Positions 37,013-46,881 of a stretch of 64,000 nucleotides of DNA are shown here, piece after piece. The position numbers were made by a program, and so were the translations under genes. Each line of letters starts with the position of its first letter. Position 1 is the stretch's first letter. The stretch is from Patescibacteria group bacterium (lineage in GTDB: Bacteria > Patescibacteriota > Minisyncoccia > Moranbacterales > UBA2206): positions 70,384-134,383 of the forward strand of contig JAKLIG010000003.1 in NCBI GenBank assembly GCA_022709735.1, given 5' to 3'. A model generated the notes under the pieces. The model was not told where the DNA came from and did not search any database. It worked only from the letters and a program-made list of their open reading frames with translations.

Positions 37013-38200
37013 TCAATATCTGCTAAAAATCCCATAAGGAGTATCCAAAATTACTTTATTTTCAAAATTTTTATTAGCCTCACAAATTCCTAATTCGAAT
37101 AATTCAATATGCACTTCTTTAGCAACTTCTTTAAGCGCTTTTTTGAATTTAATATTGTTTTCTCCTACTATATCTATTCCTATACCGCAATTGAAATCCT
37201 GGAACATTTCTTCCCATGTAACGCCAGATTCGCTCTGAATAAACTGAAAAATACTGGGTGGCATCGGCATTTTCTTTTTATAAATAATCCCCTTGCCAAC
37301 ATGAGAAATTTTAGTAGCACCCCCTCCCGTATTCATACTTATTCCATGAAGCATAGAAAATATTCCCTTTTCTTTAAGCTTTTCAGCTATTTTCTTAATC
37401 ACTATCGCCCAATGTCTTGTCGGGGAAAGAATTGCTTCGCTTACTGTCATGCCCTCAAGAATTTTTGGTTTATCATTGACTTTAAATTTTCCTCTATATC
37501 CGGATTTCCCATTACTTAAAAAAGGGTATTTTTTTGAATATTCCTTGCTCATCAATTCAATTCTCGCCAAAGTTACGCCGTTTGACATGATTCCTGAATT
37601 ATTATTTTTTTCCCATTTTGCTTTTCCGTCGCTTGCAAATCCATATATAATATCGCCCGCCTCAACTTCGCCCGAAATTATTTCTGTTTCCTTTGCTCTC
37701 GCATAAATAGAAACATCAAACACCATGCTTTGAACTTGCGTCGGAAGATCAGCAGTTTCTCCTCCCAGAAAATAATTCATATCAAATCCATTTTTTTTAT
37801 ATAAACCCATCAAATCAGATATTCGTAATGCAATTTGCTTCATTATAATTTCTTTAGGCAGATTTTTTGCATTAATATTGATAACATCCGTGATAACCCA
37901 TTTGCCAAACAAAAAACCACTGGCAGCAATGTCTCCTGTATTCATAGAAATTGCATCATCGACTGCTCCTTGAAAAATTGTAGGATCTTTCGTTTCAAAA
38001 TAATGCAAAATACGCTGAACAATTTTGCTACCGTCTCCATCCATATGCTGGGTAAAAACAGTTCCGGCAATTTCAGGATCATGAACGATATTTACAAATG
38101 CACTGGGATAATCATTTGAAATATTTTTTTTGAATATTTTTCTGACATTTTTCTTTCCGGCATCGATTCCAAGTTCTTTATATTTATTTATTTTTTTCAT
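37013..38200 (-). CDS. AIR synthase-related (PurM-like) protein
   Basis: It has a PurM-like N-domain (GIDAGKK.., HMDGDGSK) and a PurM C-domain. The start was moved to the internal MKKINKYK, because the longer ORF overlaps the upstream gene. Confidence 0.5.
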   Translation of the reverse strand: MKKINKYKELGIDAGKKNVRKIFKKNISNDYPSAFVNIVHDPEIAGTVFTQHMDGDGSKIVQRILHYFETKDPTIFQGAVDDAISMNTGDIAASGFLFGKWVITDVININAKNLPKEIIMKQIALRISDLMGLYKKNGFDMNYFLGGETADLPTQVQSMVFDVSIYARAKETEIISGEVEAGDIIYGFASDGKAKWEKNNNSGIMSNGVTLARIELMSKEYSKKYPFLSNGKSGYRGKFKVNDKPKILEGMTVSEAILSPTRHWAIVIKKIAEKLKEKGIFSMLHGISMNTGGGATKISHVGKGIIYKKKMPMPPSIFQFIQSESGVTWEEMFQDFNCGIGIDIVGENNIKFKKALKEVAKEVHIELFELGICEANKNFENKVILDTPYGIFSRY

Positions 38201-38216
38201 AATAAAATGACTTTTT

Positions 38217-39470
38217 TTATTCCTTACGAAGCGCTTCCATTGGCGAAAGAAGCGAAGCTTTGCGGGCCGGATAATAGCCAAAAATAATTCCAGTGAGCGC
38301 GGAAAATCCTAGTCCGATTGACGCTGACCACCAAGTGATTGGAAATTTCAAATTAAATCCAAAATTAACTGCCACAATTTCTCCAAGTTTTGAAATACCA
38401 AAACCGATTAAAAATCCAACTATTCCTCCGAGTAGAGTGATAAAAATCGCTTCAAAAAGAAATTGAAAAAGTATCTGGGAATTTTTCGCTCCAATTGATT
38501 TTTTTAGCCCGATTTCAAATGTCCTCTCTGTGACTGTCACATACATCACATTCATAATTCCCACTCCGCCGACAATGAGGGAAATTGAAGTAAGCGCAAT
38601 GAGAAGCAAATTAACCGAGAAAAAAACTTTATTGAGAATTTCCAAAACTTCCACAATTGAATTGACCGCAAAATCATCGTCATTTGGGTCAGTAATATCG
38701 TGTTGCGTTCGCATAACATCTGTCGCATTGAGAATAGTAAGATCAAGCTTTTTCATATCATCCAGTTTGAAAATTGCAAATTGAATATAATCGATACCGG
38801 CTAATTTTTTCTGGACTGTTTGAAGCGGAACATAAACAACTTCATCAAAATTGAAAGGACCGACGGCGCCTCTTTCTTTCAAAACTCCAATGACTTTATA
38901 AGTCTGCCCTTTAATTTTTATTTCTTTACCTACCGCTTCGCTTTCCCCAAAAAAATCTTTTTTCACTCCTGATCCCAAAATTGCTATTTGCCGAAGGCTA
39001 TTATCATCATCTTCGTTAAACATTATGCCCTTTTCTATCTCCATTTTTTTGTCCGCCTCTGCCACTCCGGCGGTCGTTCCCATTATATAAACTTGCTTGT
39101 TTTTATTTTCATATTTTATTATTTGCTGATTCATAATCGCTGCATACCAAGCGCCAACATTGGGAAGTTTCGCAACTTTCTCGGCATCTTCTAATTTAAA
39201 AGTGGTGATTTGTGTTCCGCCCGCTTGTCCGCTGGCATTTTGCGTGGAAGTCTTGGAAACTTTCGGCACCTTAATTTCAATTTCCATAATATCCGAACCA
39301 AAAGCGGATACTTGATCAACCAAAAATCCTTTGACGCCAGAACCAAATGACAAAACTAAAATCACGCTCACTACTCCAATCACAATTCCAAGAAGCGACA
39401 AAATAGTTCGTCCAACATTGTTGCGAAGACTCTTAAAAGCTAATTTAATTGGAATTAAAAAATTATTCAT
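38217..39470 (-). CDS. ABC transporter permease, FtsX/MacB-like
   Basis: It has the MacB topology: TM1, a large periplasmic domain, then three TM helices. Confidence 0.75.
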   Translation of the reverse strand: MNNFLIPIKLAFKSLRNNVGRTILSLLGIVIGVVSVILVLSFGSGVKGFLVDQVSAFGSDIMEIEIKVPKVSKTSTQNASGQAGGTQITTFKLEDAEKVAKLPNVGAWYAAIMNQQIIKYENKNKQVYIMGTTAGVAEADKKMEIEKGIMFNEDDDNSLRQIAILGSGVKKDFFGESEAVGKEIKIKGQTYKVIGVLKERGAVGPFNFDEVVYVPLQTVQKKLAGIDYIQFAIFKLDDMKKLDLTILNATDVMRTQHDITDPNDDDFAVNSIVEVLEILNKVFFSVNLLLIALTSISLIVGGVGIMNVMYVTVTERTFEIGLKKSIGAKNSQILFQFLFEAIFITLLGGIVGFLIGFGISKLGEIVAVNFGFNLKFPITWWSASIGLGFSALTGIIFGYYPARKASLLSPMEALRKE

Positions 39471-40710
39471 AACGTAATGCTTCCATTGGACTTATGCGCG
39501 AAGCTTTGATCGCCGGATAAAGCCCGAAAATAATTCCGATTGTGATTGAAACTAAACAAGCAATGACTATCGATTGCCAAGAAATTATGAATGGCCAGGT
39601 ATATTTTAGGCTTTGAATAATTATTGCTGCTAAAAATGAAATAATTATTCCAATAATAATTCCCACAACTCCGCCGATAAAAGAAATGAAAATTGACTCA
39701 ACAATAAATTGCATTCGGACATCGCCATTTTTTGCTCCAACCGCCTTTCGCAGTCCCACTTCCCGAATTCTTTGATTGACTGCCAAAAGCATAATATTCA
39801 TAATTCCTACTCCGCCGACAATGAGCGAAATTGTTCCAATCGCTAAAAGAAAATATCGGAGAACATCAGTTACTTGCGTAATTATTTTTACAGCCGAAGC
39901 CATATCGCGCACAGAAAAATCATCATTGGCTGGGTCATCTATATTGTGCCGATCTCTAAGCGTCACGGCGACATTTTCTTTGGCCAATGAAATCAAACTC
40001 GAGTCTCTCACTTTGAGCCGGATAAATCCAAGATGATCAATGCCTAAAAGAAGTTTTTGCGCAGTTTTAAGCGGAACAAAAACCGCATCGTCTTGGCTCG
40101 CCATACCAAAACCGGTTGAGCCTTTTTTCTTCAAAATTCCTATGACCGTAAAATTTTGATCTTTTATTTTTATTACTTTTCCCAAAGGATCCGCACTGGG
40201 AAAAAGATCACGCACAATATTCGCTCCAATCACTACTGTTCGAGACATATTTGTTTCTTCATCTTTCGAAAAAAAACGCCCTTGAACCACTTGTGTATTT
40301 TCAACATTAATATAGCTCGCCGTTGTTCCCTCAAAAGAAGCATTTAAATTATTGCCGTTATACGAAACTTCCGCCGTACCCAAAACATATCCCGCGCCTT
40401 CCGCCACTTCCGGAACATTTCTTCCATTTCGAAGCGCTTCGAGATCATCATATTTCAAAGTTGTGATTGAAATTCCCATCGCTGCCGCCGGTGGACCATT
40501 TTCATCCGATGCTCCCGGTAAAACTCCGATTAAATTTGATCCGATGCCGGTAATTTGATCCAAAATCAAAGCTTGGGCTGATTTTCCAATCGCCATGATA
40601 ATAATCACTGACGCCACCCCAATAATAATTCCAAGAATTGTCAAAAAAGAGCGGAACTTCGCCGCCATTAAGTATTTATAGGAGATTTTTATGGGACTAA
40701 TTAAATTCAT
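39463..40710 (-). CDS. ABC transporter permease, FtsX/MacB-like (paralog)
   Basis: It has the same architecture as 38217-39470. The two overlap by 8 bp. Confidence 0.75.
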   Translation of the reverse strand: MNLISPIKISYKYLMAAKFRSFLTILGIIIGVASVIIIMAIGKSAQALILDQITGIGSNLIGVLPGASDENGPPAAAMGISITTLKYDDLEALRNGRNVPEVAEGAGYVLGTAEVSYNGNNLNASFEGTTASYINVENTQVVQGRFFSKDEETNMSRTVVIGANIVRDLFPSADPLGKVIKIKDQNFTVIGILKKKGSTGFGMASQDDAVFVPLKTAQKLLLGIDHLGFIRLKVRDSSLISLAKENVAVTLRDRHNIDDPANDDFSVRDMASAVKIITQVTDVLRYFLLAIGTISLIVGGVGIMNIMLLAVNQRIREVGLRKAVGAKNGDVRMQFIVESIFISFIGGVVGIIIGIIISFLAAIIIQSLKYTWPFIISWQSIVIACLVSITIGIIFGLYPAIKASRISPMEALRYE

Positions 40711-40712
40711 TT

Positions 40713-41483
40713 CTATTTTGTAATCATTTTATGTTTGAGACAACCACGATCGCTTTTAAATTCACAAGTTTTATAGCTTAAAAATCCCATTAATACCAAT
40801 AAAACAATCAATAAATAAATAAACTTCTTAAAATAAACGGATAATTTTCCATATTTATCATTGTATTTGGAATAATATATTTTTTTATATAAATGTATTG
40901 GCAAAACGCCGAACAGCAAGCTTAGTATTGGAGAAATAATCAGGCTGGCTATTAAAATTCCAATTAGTATAAAAAAGATCAGCCCAACTGTATCGCCATG
41001 TTTCCCTGAATTTGCCACGCAAATTCCAAAAATAATTGTATAAAAAAAAGAAATTGCAAAAAATATTGCAGAGCTTACAAAAAAATAAATTAAAAGCCAT
41101 TTCCAAGAAAAAGAACCATTAATCATCCTTTTGCGAGCAAGGTGTATTGAAATAAAAAAGAATGTTAGTAGAAAAGTTAATGATCCGATTGCTATAAACT
41201 CACCCCTGAATTCCAGTCTGTTTAATATTTTATTTAAATCTCCCAAGAAAAAAGAACTGGCGCTTAGATTAAAAACAAAAACTGCTTCCAAAATAATTAG
41301 TATAAAAATATTTTTTAATGTTTTTGAAAAACTTTCATAAACTTCATTTTTATTTTCAAATTTATAGTTAATTTTTTTATAAAAATATACGGGTAAAATA
41401 CCCATAAAAAAAATTATTAAAGGAAAAAGCAATAAAAAAAATGATAGCCCATAAGTTCCTGATGATATTTTTTCACAAATCAT
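40713..41483 (-). CDS. hypothetical membrane protein with an internal duplication
   Basis: 256 aa; LPVYFYKKINYKFENK... and LPIHLYKKIYYSKYNDK... are repeated halves. Confidence 0.45.
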   Translation of the reverse strand: MICEKISSGTYGLSFFLLLFPLIIFFMGILPVYFYKKINYKFENKNEVYESFSKTLKNIFILIILEAVFVFNLSASSFFLGDLNKILNRLEFRGEFIAIGSLTFLLTFFFISIHLARKRMINGSFSWKWLLIYFFVSSAIFFAISFFYTIIFGICVANSGKHGDTVGLIFFILIGILIASLIISPILSLLFGVLPIHLYKKIYYSKYNDKYGKLSVYFKKFIYLLIVLLVLMGFLSYKTCEFKSDRGCLKHKMITK

Positions 41484-41508
41484 ATTTTTAATTTATCTAA
41501 TCATTAAA

Positions 41509-42243
41509 TTATTTCAAAATAGTTTCCCCGTCTTGCGCGATTCTTCTGTTTTTTACCGGATCATCCGCCACAATTTCTCCGTCTTTCATATAAAGAATTC
41601 TTTTGGCGTGTTCAGCGGTATAAGTTTCATGTGTTACCAAAATAATCGTGTGCCCTTCATCATTTAATTTTTGAAGAATTTTCATTACTTGCAGTCCCGA
41701 TTTTGAATCCAAGTTTCCAGTCGGTTCATCGGCAAAAATAATTTCCGGATTGTTGACCAGCGCTCTGGCAATCGCCACCCTTTGTTTTTCTCCGCCAGAA
41801 AGTTGATTGGAAAGATATTTCTCACGATGTTCCATGCCGACAGATTTCAAAGCATGCATCACTTTTTCCTGATTGATTCCATCTGGCTCCTGGTCATAAA
41901 GAAGAGGAAGCTCAACATTTTCAAAAACAGAAGTTCTTGGCAGAAGATTGAATGATTGAAAAACAAAACCGATTTTTTTGTTTCTAACTTTTGCCAAAGT
42001 ATCATCGCTAAATTTAGCCGCATCCTTTCCTTCGAGCAAATATTTTCCTTCTGTCGGACGATCAAGTAACCCAAGAACCTGCATTAAAGTTGATTTTCCG
42101 CTACCGCTCGGCCCCATAATCGAAAGAAATTCCCCCTTCTCCACGACAAAATTCGCTCCGCAAAGCGCCGGAGTTTTCACACCTTCATTTTCATAAACCA
42201 TACAAAGATTTTTAACCTGGATTAAAGACATAATTACATCCAA
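41509..42243 (-). CDS. ABC transporter ATP-binding protein (MacB/LolD-type)
   Basis: Walker [10 protein letters not shown], the signature LSGGEKQRV and Walker [13 protein letters not shown] are present. The true start is probably Met5 (42231). Confidence 0.9.
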   Translation of the reverse strand: MDVIMSLIQVKNLCMVYENEGVKTPALCGANFVVEKGEFLSIMGPSGSGKSTLMQVLGLLDRPTEGKYLLEGKDAAKFSDDTLAKVRNKKIGFVFQSFNLLPRTSVFENVELPLLYDQEPDGINQEKVMHALKSVGMEHREKYLSNQLSGGEKQRVAIARALVNNPEIIFADEPTGNLDSKSGLQVMKILQKLNDEGHTIILVTHETYTAEHAKRILYMKDGEIVADDPVKNRRIAQDGETILK

Positions 42244-42782
42244 ATATTTTCAACATTATTTCTGTCCTGTTCCCAATTTTTCGGATTATTTAGAATATAT
42301 TCACGGATTTTGTTCAACGATATTTCATTTCGGATGATATGGTCGTAAAAAGATTTTTGCCATATCGTAGGGAACGCGTATACGCGTTCCTTTTTATTAT
42401 TTTTATCATATCCGTTTTCCATTCGCGTTACAGCAGCTTTGAAGCCCTGGACAATTTTTGATAATAACATTTTTGTTCTATTGGTATTTTTGGAACGCAT
42501 ATATGCGTTCCCTACATTAATATTGAAATTTATTTCAATAATTCCGTGAACATGATTCGGCATTATGACATATTGATCTAAATATATATTATCAAAATGT
42601 TTAGGGATTTCTAAATAACATTTTTGAACAATTTTCCCTAATTCATTCAAAATCATTTTTCCATTTTTTATTCCACCAAACAATTCTTCCCTATTTTTCG
42701 TGCAAATTGTCACAAAATACATCCCGTTCTGGGAATAATCGTAATTTTGCAAACGATTGTTTTTTCTATTTTTTAATTCCAT
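42234..42782 (-). CDS. REP-associated tyrosine transposase (RAYT) / IS200-like HuH Y1 transposase homolog
   Basis: It has the HuH motif MPNHVHGII, the conserved IWQKSFYDHIIRNE (compare E. coli RAYT IWQPRFWEHAIRNT) and a catalytic-Tyr region REYILNNP. It is embedded between the HlyD-like gene and the ABC ATPase gene. Confidence 0.8.
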   Translation of the reverse strand: MELKNRKNNRLQNYDYSQNGMYFVTICTKNREELFGGIKNGKMILNELGKIVQKCYLEIPKHFDNIYLDQYVIMPNHVHGIIEINFNINVGNAYMRSKNTNRTKMLLSKIVQGFKAAVTRMENGYDKNNKKERVYAFPTIWQKSFYDHIIRNEISLNKIREYILNNPKNWEQDRNNVENIWM

Positions 42783-43780
42783 TATTTCTCACTGGAAAGC
42801 ACCACCACATCTTCTCCGCCCTTGAGTCCTGACACAATTTCCACCATTCCGTCGTCCCCTTTCAGTCCAGCTTGCACATTCACTCGTTCCGTTTTATTTT
42901 CTGGTTTTAAAATTTCTACAAAATCTTGATTGCCATCATTTTTCACTGCTCGCAAAGGAATCATAACCGCATTATTTTTTTCCGCCGTATTAATATCAGC
43001 GTCCACACTCATTCCGATTTTCAATCTTTCATCCCATTTTGAAAGTTTTAATTTAGCTTTATAATAAACCACATCTTGAATGACAGTTGAAGCCGGTTCG
43101 ATTTCAAAAACTTCTCCTTCTAATTTTTCAGTTGACGGCAAAGCGTCAAAAGATATTTTGGCTTTTTGCTCGATTTTTACATCAATTACATCTGATTCTG
43201 AGACATCAATTTCAATAAATGGTTCGCCTAAACCGGAAATAACCAGAACAGAAGTATTGGCTACTGCATTTTCTCCAATTTCAATATTTTTCCTTGTAAC
43301 CGTTCCTTCAATCGGCGAATAAAGAATTGTGTCGCCTATCTGCTTTTTTATTTCATTAATTGCTCCCTCCGATTCTCTTATTTGCGCTCTTTGAGCTTCC
43401 CGCTGCGCATGATTGTAAGTGCCATCTCTTTTTTTCATATTTTTCAAAGTTTCATTCTGTACTTCAAGCTCGTGTTTAGCCTGCTCTAATTGCTCCAGCA
43501 ATACTCCTTTGTCAATCACCGCAATTTTTTGGCCCTTTGTAATATTATCTCCCACATCAACAAAAATAGACTCTACTCGCCCGCTTATTTTGAAAGACAA
43601 ATCTGATTCAATTTCCGGCTTGATTTCTCCAGTAGCGGAAACTGTTTTAGCAATAGTTCCGACTTTCGCTTTTTCAGTTGTGTAAGTAATTTTAACCGGC
43701 CTCGATTTCCAATAATAAATTCCGCCGATAATTAAAATTATCAGAACTAGAATTATATAGGTTTTTTTCTTCTTGGACAT
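42782..43780 (-). CDS. HlyD/MacA-family periplasmic adaptor subunit
   Basis: It has an N-terminal TM segment, a coiled-coil hairpin and lipoyl/beta-barrel domains. It is the first gene of the efflux operon. Confidence 0.7.
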   Translation of the reverse strand: MSKKKKTYIILVLIILIIGGIYYWKSRPVKITYTTEKAKVGTIAKTVSATGEIKPEIESDLSFKISGRVESIFVDVGDNITKGQKIAVIDKGVLLEQLEQAKHELEVQNETLKNMKKRDGTYNHAQREAQRAQIRESEGAINEIKKQIGDTILYSPIEGTVTRKNIEIGENAVANTSVLVISGLGEPFIEIDVSESDVIDVKIEQKAKISFDALPSTEKLEGEVFEIEPASTVIQDVVYYKAKLKLSKWDERLKIGMSVDADINTAEKNNAVMIPLRAVKNDGNQDFVEILKPENKTERVNVQAGLKGDDGMVEIVSGLKGGEDVVVLSSEK

Positions 43781-43787
43781 AAATGCC

Positions 43788-43900
43788 TGTCATTGCGAGG
43801 GAGCGTAGCGACCGTGGCAATCTCGGACTTTAATACGCCAGACTCGAAATTTTATTTATGATTTTAATTGCGAGATTGCTTCGCTTTGCTCGCAATGACA
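43788..43900. repeat. intergenic imperfect inverted repeat (TGTCATTGCGAG...CTCGCAATGACA)
   Basis: Arms of about 37 nt with matching ends (GTCATTGCGAG / CTCGCAATGAC) flank a 45-nt AT-rich loop. It fills the rnhA-HlyD spacer. Confidence 0.45.
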
Positions 43901-43904
43901 TACT

Positions 43905-44333
43905 CTATAATAAGCTTCCTTGCTTCTCTTTTGCGTCAAGAGCCTGATTCACCAAGCTATCAGCAATCTCATTTTGCTCCCTCGGTATATGTATCATCTT
44001 AACATTTTTAAAGTCTAACATCAAATTCCAAACTTCGATAAAATTCTTTTGGACATTTGCTTCTTTCAGTTTATATTCGTGATTAAGTTGTTTCACCACT
44101 AACTCAGAGTCTAGATAGCATTCTATTTCAAATTGTTTGGTTTTATCTTTTCCAAGAAGTTGTTTTAGTTTTTTTAGGCTAAAAATCAGTGCTTCATATT
44201 CCGCCTCGTTATTGGTTTTCTCGCCAATATATTCGCCGTATTTTTTGTCCAGCGTTTCAACATAAACCCCAATCCCAGCTGGCCCCGGATTTCCTCTTGA
44301 TCCGCCATCAGTAAACATTTTAATAATATTCAT
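43905..44333 (-). CDS. rnhA: ribonuclease HI
   Basis: The N-terminus FTDGGSRGNPGPAGIG is followed by the DEDD catalytic residues. Confidence 0.85.
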   Translation of the reverse strand: MNIIKMFTDGGSRGNPGPAGIGVYVETLDKKYGEYIGEKTNNEAEYEALIFSLKKLKQLLGKDKTKQFEIECYLDSELVVKQLNHEYKLKEANVQKNFIEVWNLMLDFKNVKMIHIPREQNEIADSLVNQALDAKEKQGSLL

Positions 44334-44506
44334 AAAGAATTTTTAATTTTTGAATTTTTAATTTTGTAAATAAATTTTAATTTTTAATTTCTAAACTTTA
44401 TTTTATCGGTTGGTTTAAAAATTTAGATTTAAGATTTATTTCAAAAATTATAAAATTAAAAATTGTAAAAATTTTATTTACTACCATATGTAAGCGAATG
44501 GTAGTA

Positions 44507-46225
44507 TTACTTTTCCGATATTTTTATATCAATCAATTTCAATTGCATTTTCTTATTCCCATTCCACTCGTCTTCTTCTAAATTAAAAACTATATCTATT
44601 TTATCATCTTTTTTAATTTGGGGGAATTTCTCGGCTAAGGAAAATCCAATCGCTTCAAAAATTTTCGGGCTTTTGCCTTCGCCCTTAAGCGCTAATTTCA
44701 AATGCTTGCTTCCATTTCCCACGATTTTCAAATCAACAACTTGCATATTTTTTACGCAAAATACCGGCTGTTCATTGCCCATTCCAAAAGGTTCCATTTT
44801 CTTGAGATCTGAAATTAGTTCCCAATCAATATCATCCGCTGTAATTTCAGCATCCATTTCAAGGTTTAGCGTAATTTCTTTTCCAGCCAATTCTTCCTCG
44901 ACCAATTTTGAAATTTTTTCACAAAATTTTTCAATATTTTCATGCCTCACTCTCACTCCCGCTGCTTGGGAATGCCCGCCGAATTTAATGAGCATGTCCG
45001 AACATTTTTCTATTATTTCCACAATATTTATTTCCGGAACGCTTCGAAGCGATCCAACGAATTCTTTTTCTTGCCGTTGCATAATCATGCTGGGCTTTTG
45101 AAATTCATCCGTTATTTTTCCCGCTACCAATCCTAAAATTCCCACCGGCCAATGCTCGTTTTCCGCAAAAATAAATTTTCTGTCCTTGAAAGAATTTTCC
45201 GCCAAAATTTGCACCTCGCGAAAAATTTCGGAAGTTATTTTTTGACGGTTTTGATTTTTGCTTTCCAGTTCAAGTGCCAAAACGCGCGCCACTGCTCCTT
45301 CTTTTTCTATTAATAATTTATAAGCTGCATTAGCGTGATCCATCCGGCCGGCCGCATTGATTCTCGGCGCAAGTTGAAAGGCGATTTTTCGCGTGTCCGG
45401 AATATTATTTTCCGAAATATCAATTCGACCGACTTTGAATATTTCTTGAAATCCGGCTCTTTTAGTTTTCGAAAGTACCAGAAGCCCGTATTTTACCAAT
45501 ATTCTATTTTCAGAAATCAATGCTACGCAATCAGCAATAGTTCCAAGCGCCACGAGATCAAGTAGCCACTTCAATTGATCTTTTTTTTCTGGCGCGATTT
45601 TCTGATAAAGGCCTTGCGCTAATTTGAAAGCCACGCCCACTCCAGCCAAATCCTTAAAAATAAAACCTGAATTTGGAATATTCGGATTTATAATCGCATG
45701 GGCTTTTGGAAGAATTTCCGGCGCATGATGATGGTCAGTAATAATAACATCCATTCCAAGTTCCTTTGCCTTTTCCACTTCCGAAACATTTGTTATTCCA
45801 GAATCAACAGTGATGATGAGATTTACTTTTTCTTTTTGAAGATAATCAATAGCATTTTCATTCATCCCATAGCCTTCCAACTGACGATCTGGAATATAGC
45901 AAATAATATTTTTGAATCCTAAATTAGTTAGCGTTTCATAAATAAGTGCAGAAGCTGAAACTCCGTCCGCGTCATAATCTCCAAAAATTGCAATTTTTTC
46001 TTCTTTAGCTTTGGAAATTCTTTCCACTGCTTTTTCCATTCCGGAAATTTGAGACGGATCGCCCAAATCTTTTTCGTAGTCAAAATCAAAATATTTTTCA
46101 ATTTCTTCTATTTTTTCCAAACCGCGATTTTGAAGCAATTGCAAAACAATCGGATTATATTTTTCCAATAAATCTGCAGAAAAATTTATTTTATCAAGTG
46201 AAGTTTTAGTTTTCCAGATTTTCAT
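44507..46225 (-). CDS. recJ: single-stranded-DNA-specific exonuclease RecJ
   Basis: The DHH motifs (GDYDADGV, ITDHHH) and a DHHA1 domain are present. The product is 572 aa. Confidence 0.85.
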   Translation of the reverse strand: MKIWKTKTSLDKINFSADLLEKYNPIVLQLLQNRGLEKIEEIEKYFDFDYEKDLGDPSQISGMEKAVERISKAKEEKIAIFGDYDADGVSASALIYETLTNLGFKNIICYIPDRQLEGYGMNENAIDYLQKEKVNLIITVDSGITNVSEVEKAKELGMDVIITDHHHAPEILPKAHAIINPNIPNSGFIFKDLAGVGVAFKLAQGLYQKIAPEKKDQLKWLLDLVALGTIADCVALISENRILVKYGLLVLSKTKRAGFQEIFKVGRIDISENNIPDTRKIAFQLAPRINAAGRMDHANAAYKLLIEKEGAVARVLALELESKNQNRQKITSEIFREVQILAENSFKDRKFIFAENEHWPVGILGLVAGKITDEFQKPSMIMQRQEKEFVGSLRSVPEINIVEIIEKCSDMLIKFGGHSQAAGVRVRHENIEKFCEKISKLVEEELAGKEITLNLEMDAEITADDIDWELISDLKKMEPFGMGNEQPVFCVKNMQVVDLKIVGNGSKHLKLALKGEGKSPKIFEAIGFSLAEKFPQIKKDDKIDIVFNLEEDEWNGNKKMQLKLIDIKISEK

Positions 46226-46313
46226 ATTTTAAAATTAAATTAGGGGGTAGTTCCCCTAACTTTTCGTATTTCGTTAATTTCGCCTGCCTGCCGGTAGGCA
46301 AGGTAGTTCGTAA

Positions 46314-46874
46314 TTAATTACATCTAGGACAGACAAATTTTGCCGTAAATTCTTTCTTGTCCACATTAGAAACTTCTAAATTCAATATCATTTCGCCTAG
46401 ACAGCTTGGGCATTGAAATTTTTCACCAAAATAAAAATCTTTCGCTAATTTTGGCGCGTCTATTTCTTCCGCATTGAATTTCAAATGATATTTTAGAGAT
46501 CCAAAAATATTACGCACTCTTTCCACTACTTGTCTCGGCGTAACCATGCCTTGAACTATAAAATCTTTTACTCCCAAGCTTTCTGCTTTTTGCCGATCTT
46601 CTTCCCGCCCCATATGCGAAAGCATTACCACTGGAATATTGGCAGTATTTACATTTTTCGCCAAAGCTTCCTTCAGAGAAAAACCATCCATTTTCGGCAT
46701 AATAATTCCAGTAAAAATGATATCTGGAATTATTTCCATAGCCTTATTCATACCTTCGAGCCCGTCAATCGCTTCGATTACTTCAAATCCTTCATTGCGA
46801 AAAATATCCGCATATGTTCCGCGAATTATTTCATCATCATCAATAACCAAAATTTTAACTTTTTTGTCTTCCAT
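46314..46874 (-). CDS. response-regulator receiver domain protein with a C-terminal Cys4 zinc ribbon
   Basis: It has a REC domain (DDDE.., phospho-acceptor D in IIMPKMDG, conserved K) and C-terminal CPSC...CPRC. Confidence 0.7.
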   Translation of the reverse strand: MEDKKVKILVIDDDEIIRGTYADIFRNEGFEVIEAIDGLEGMNKAMEIIPDIIFTGIIMPKMDGFSLKEALAKNVNTANIPVVMLSHMGREEDRQKAESLGVKDFIVQGMVTPRQVVERVRNIFGSLKYHLKFNAEEIDAPKLAKDFYFGEKFQCPSCLGEMILNLEVSNVDKKEFTAKFVCPRCN

Positions 46875-46881
46875 AATTATA

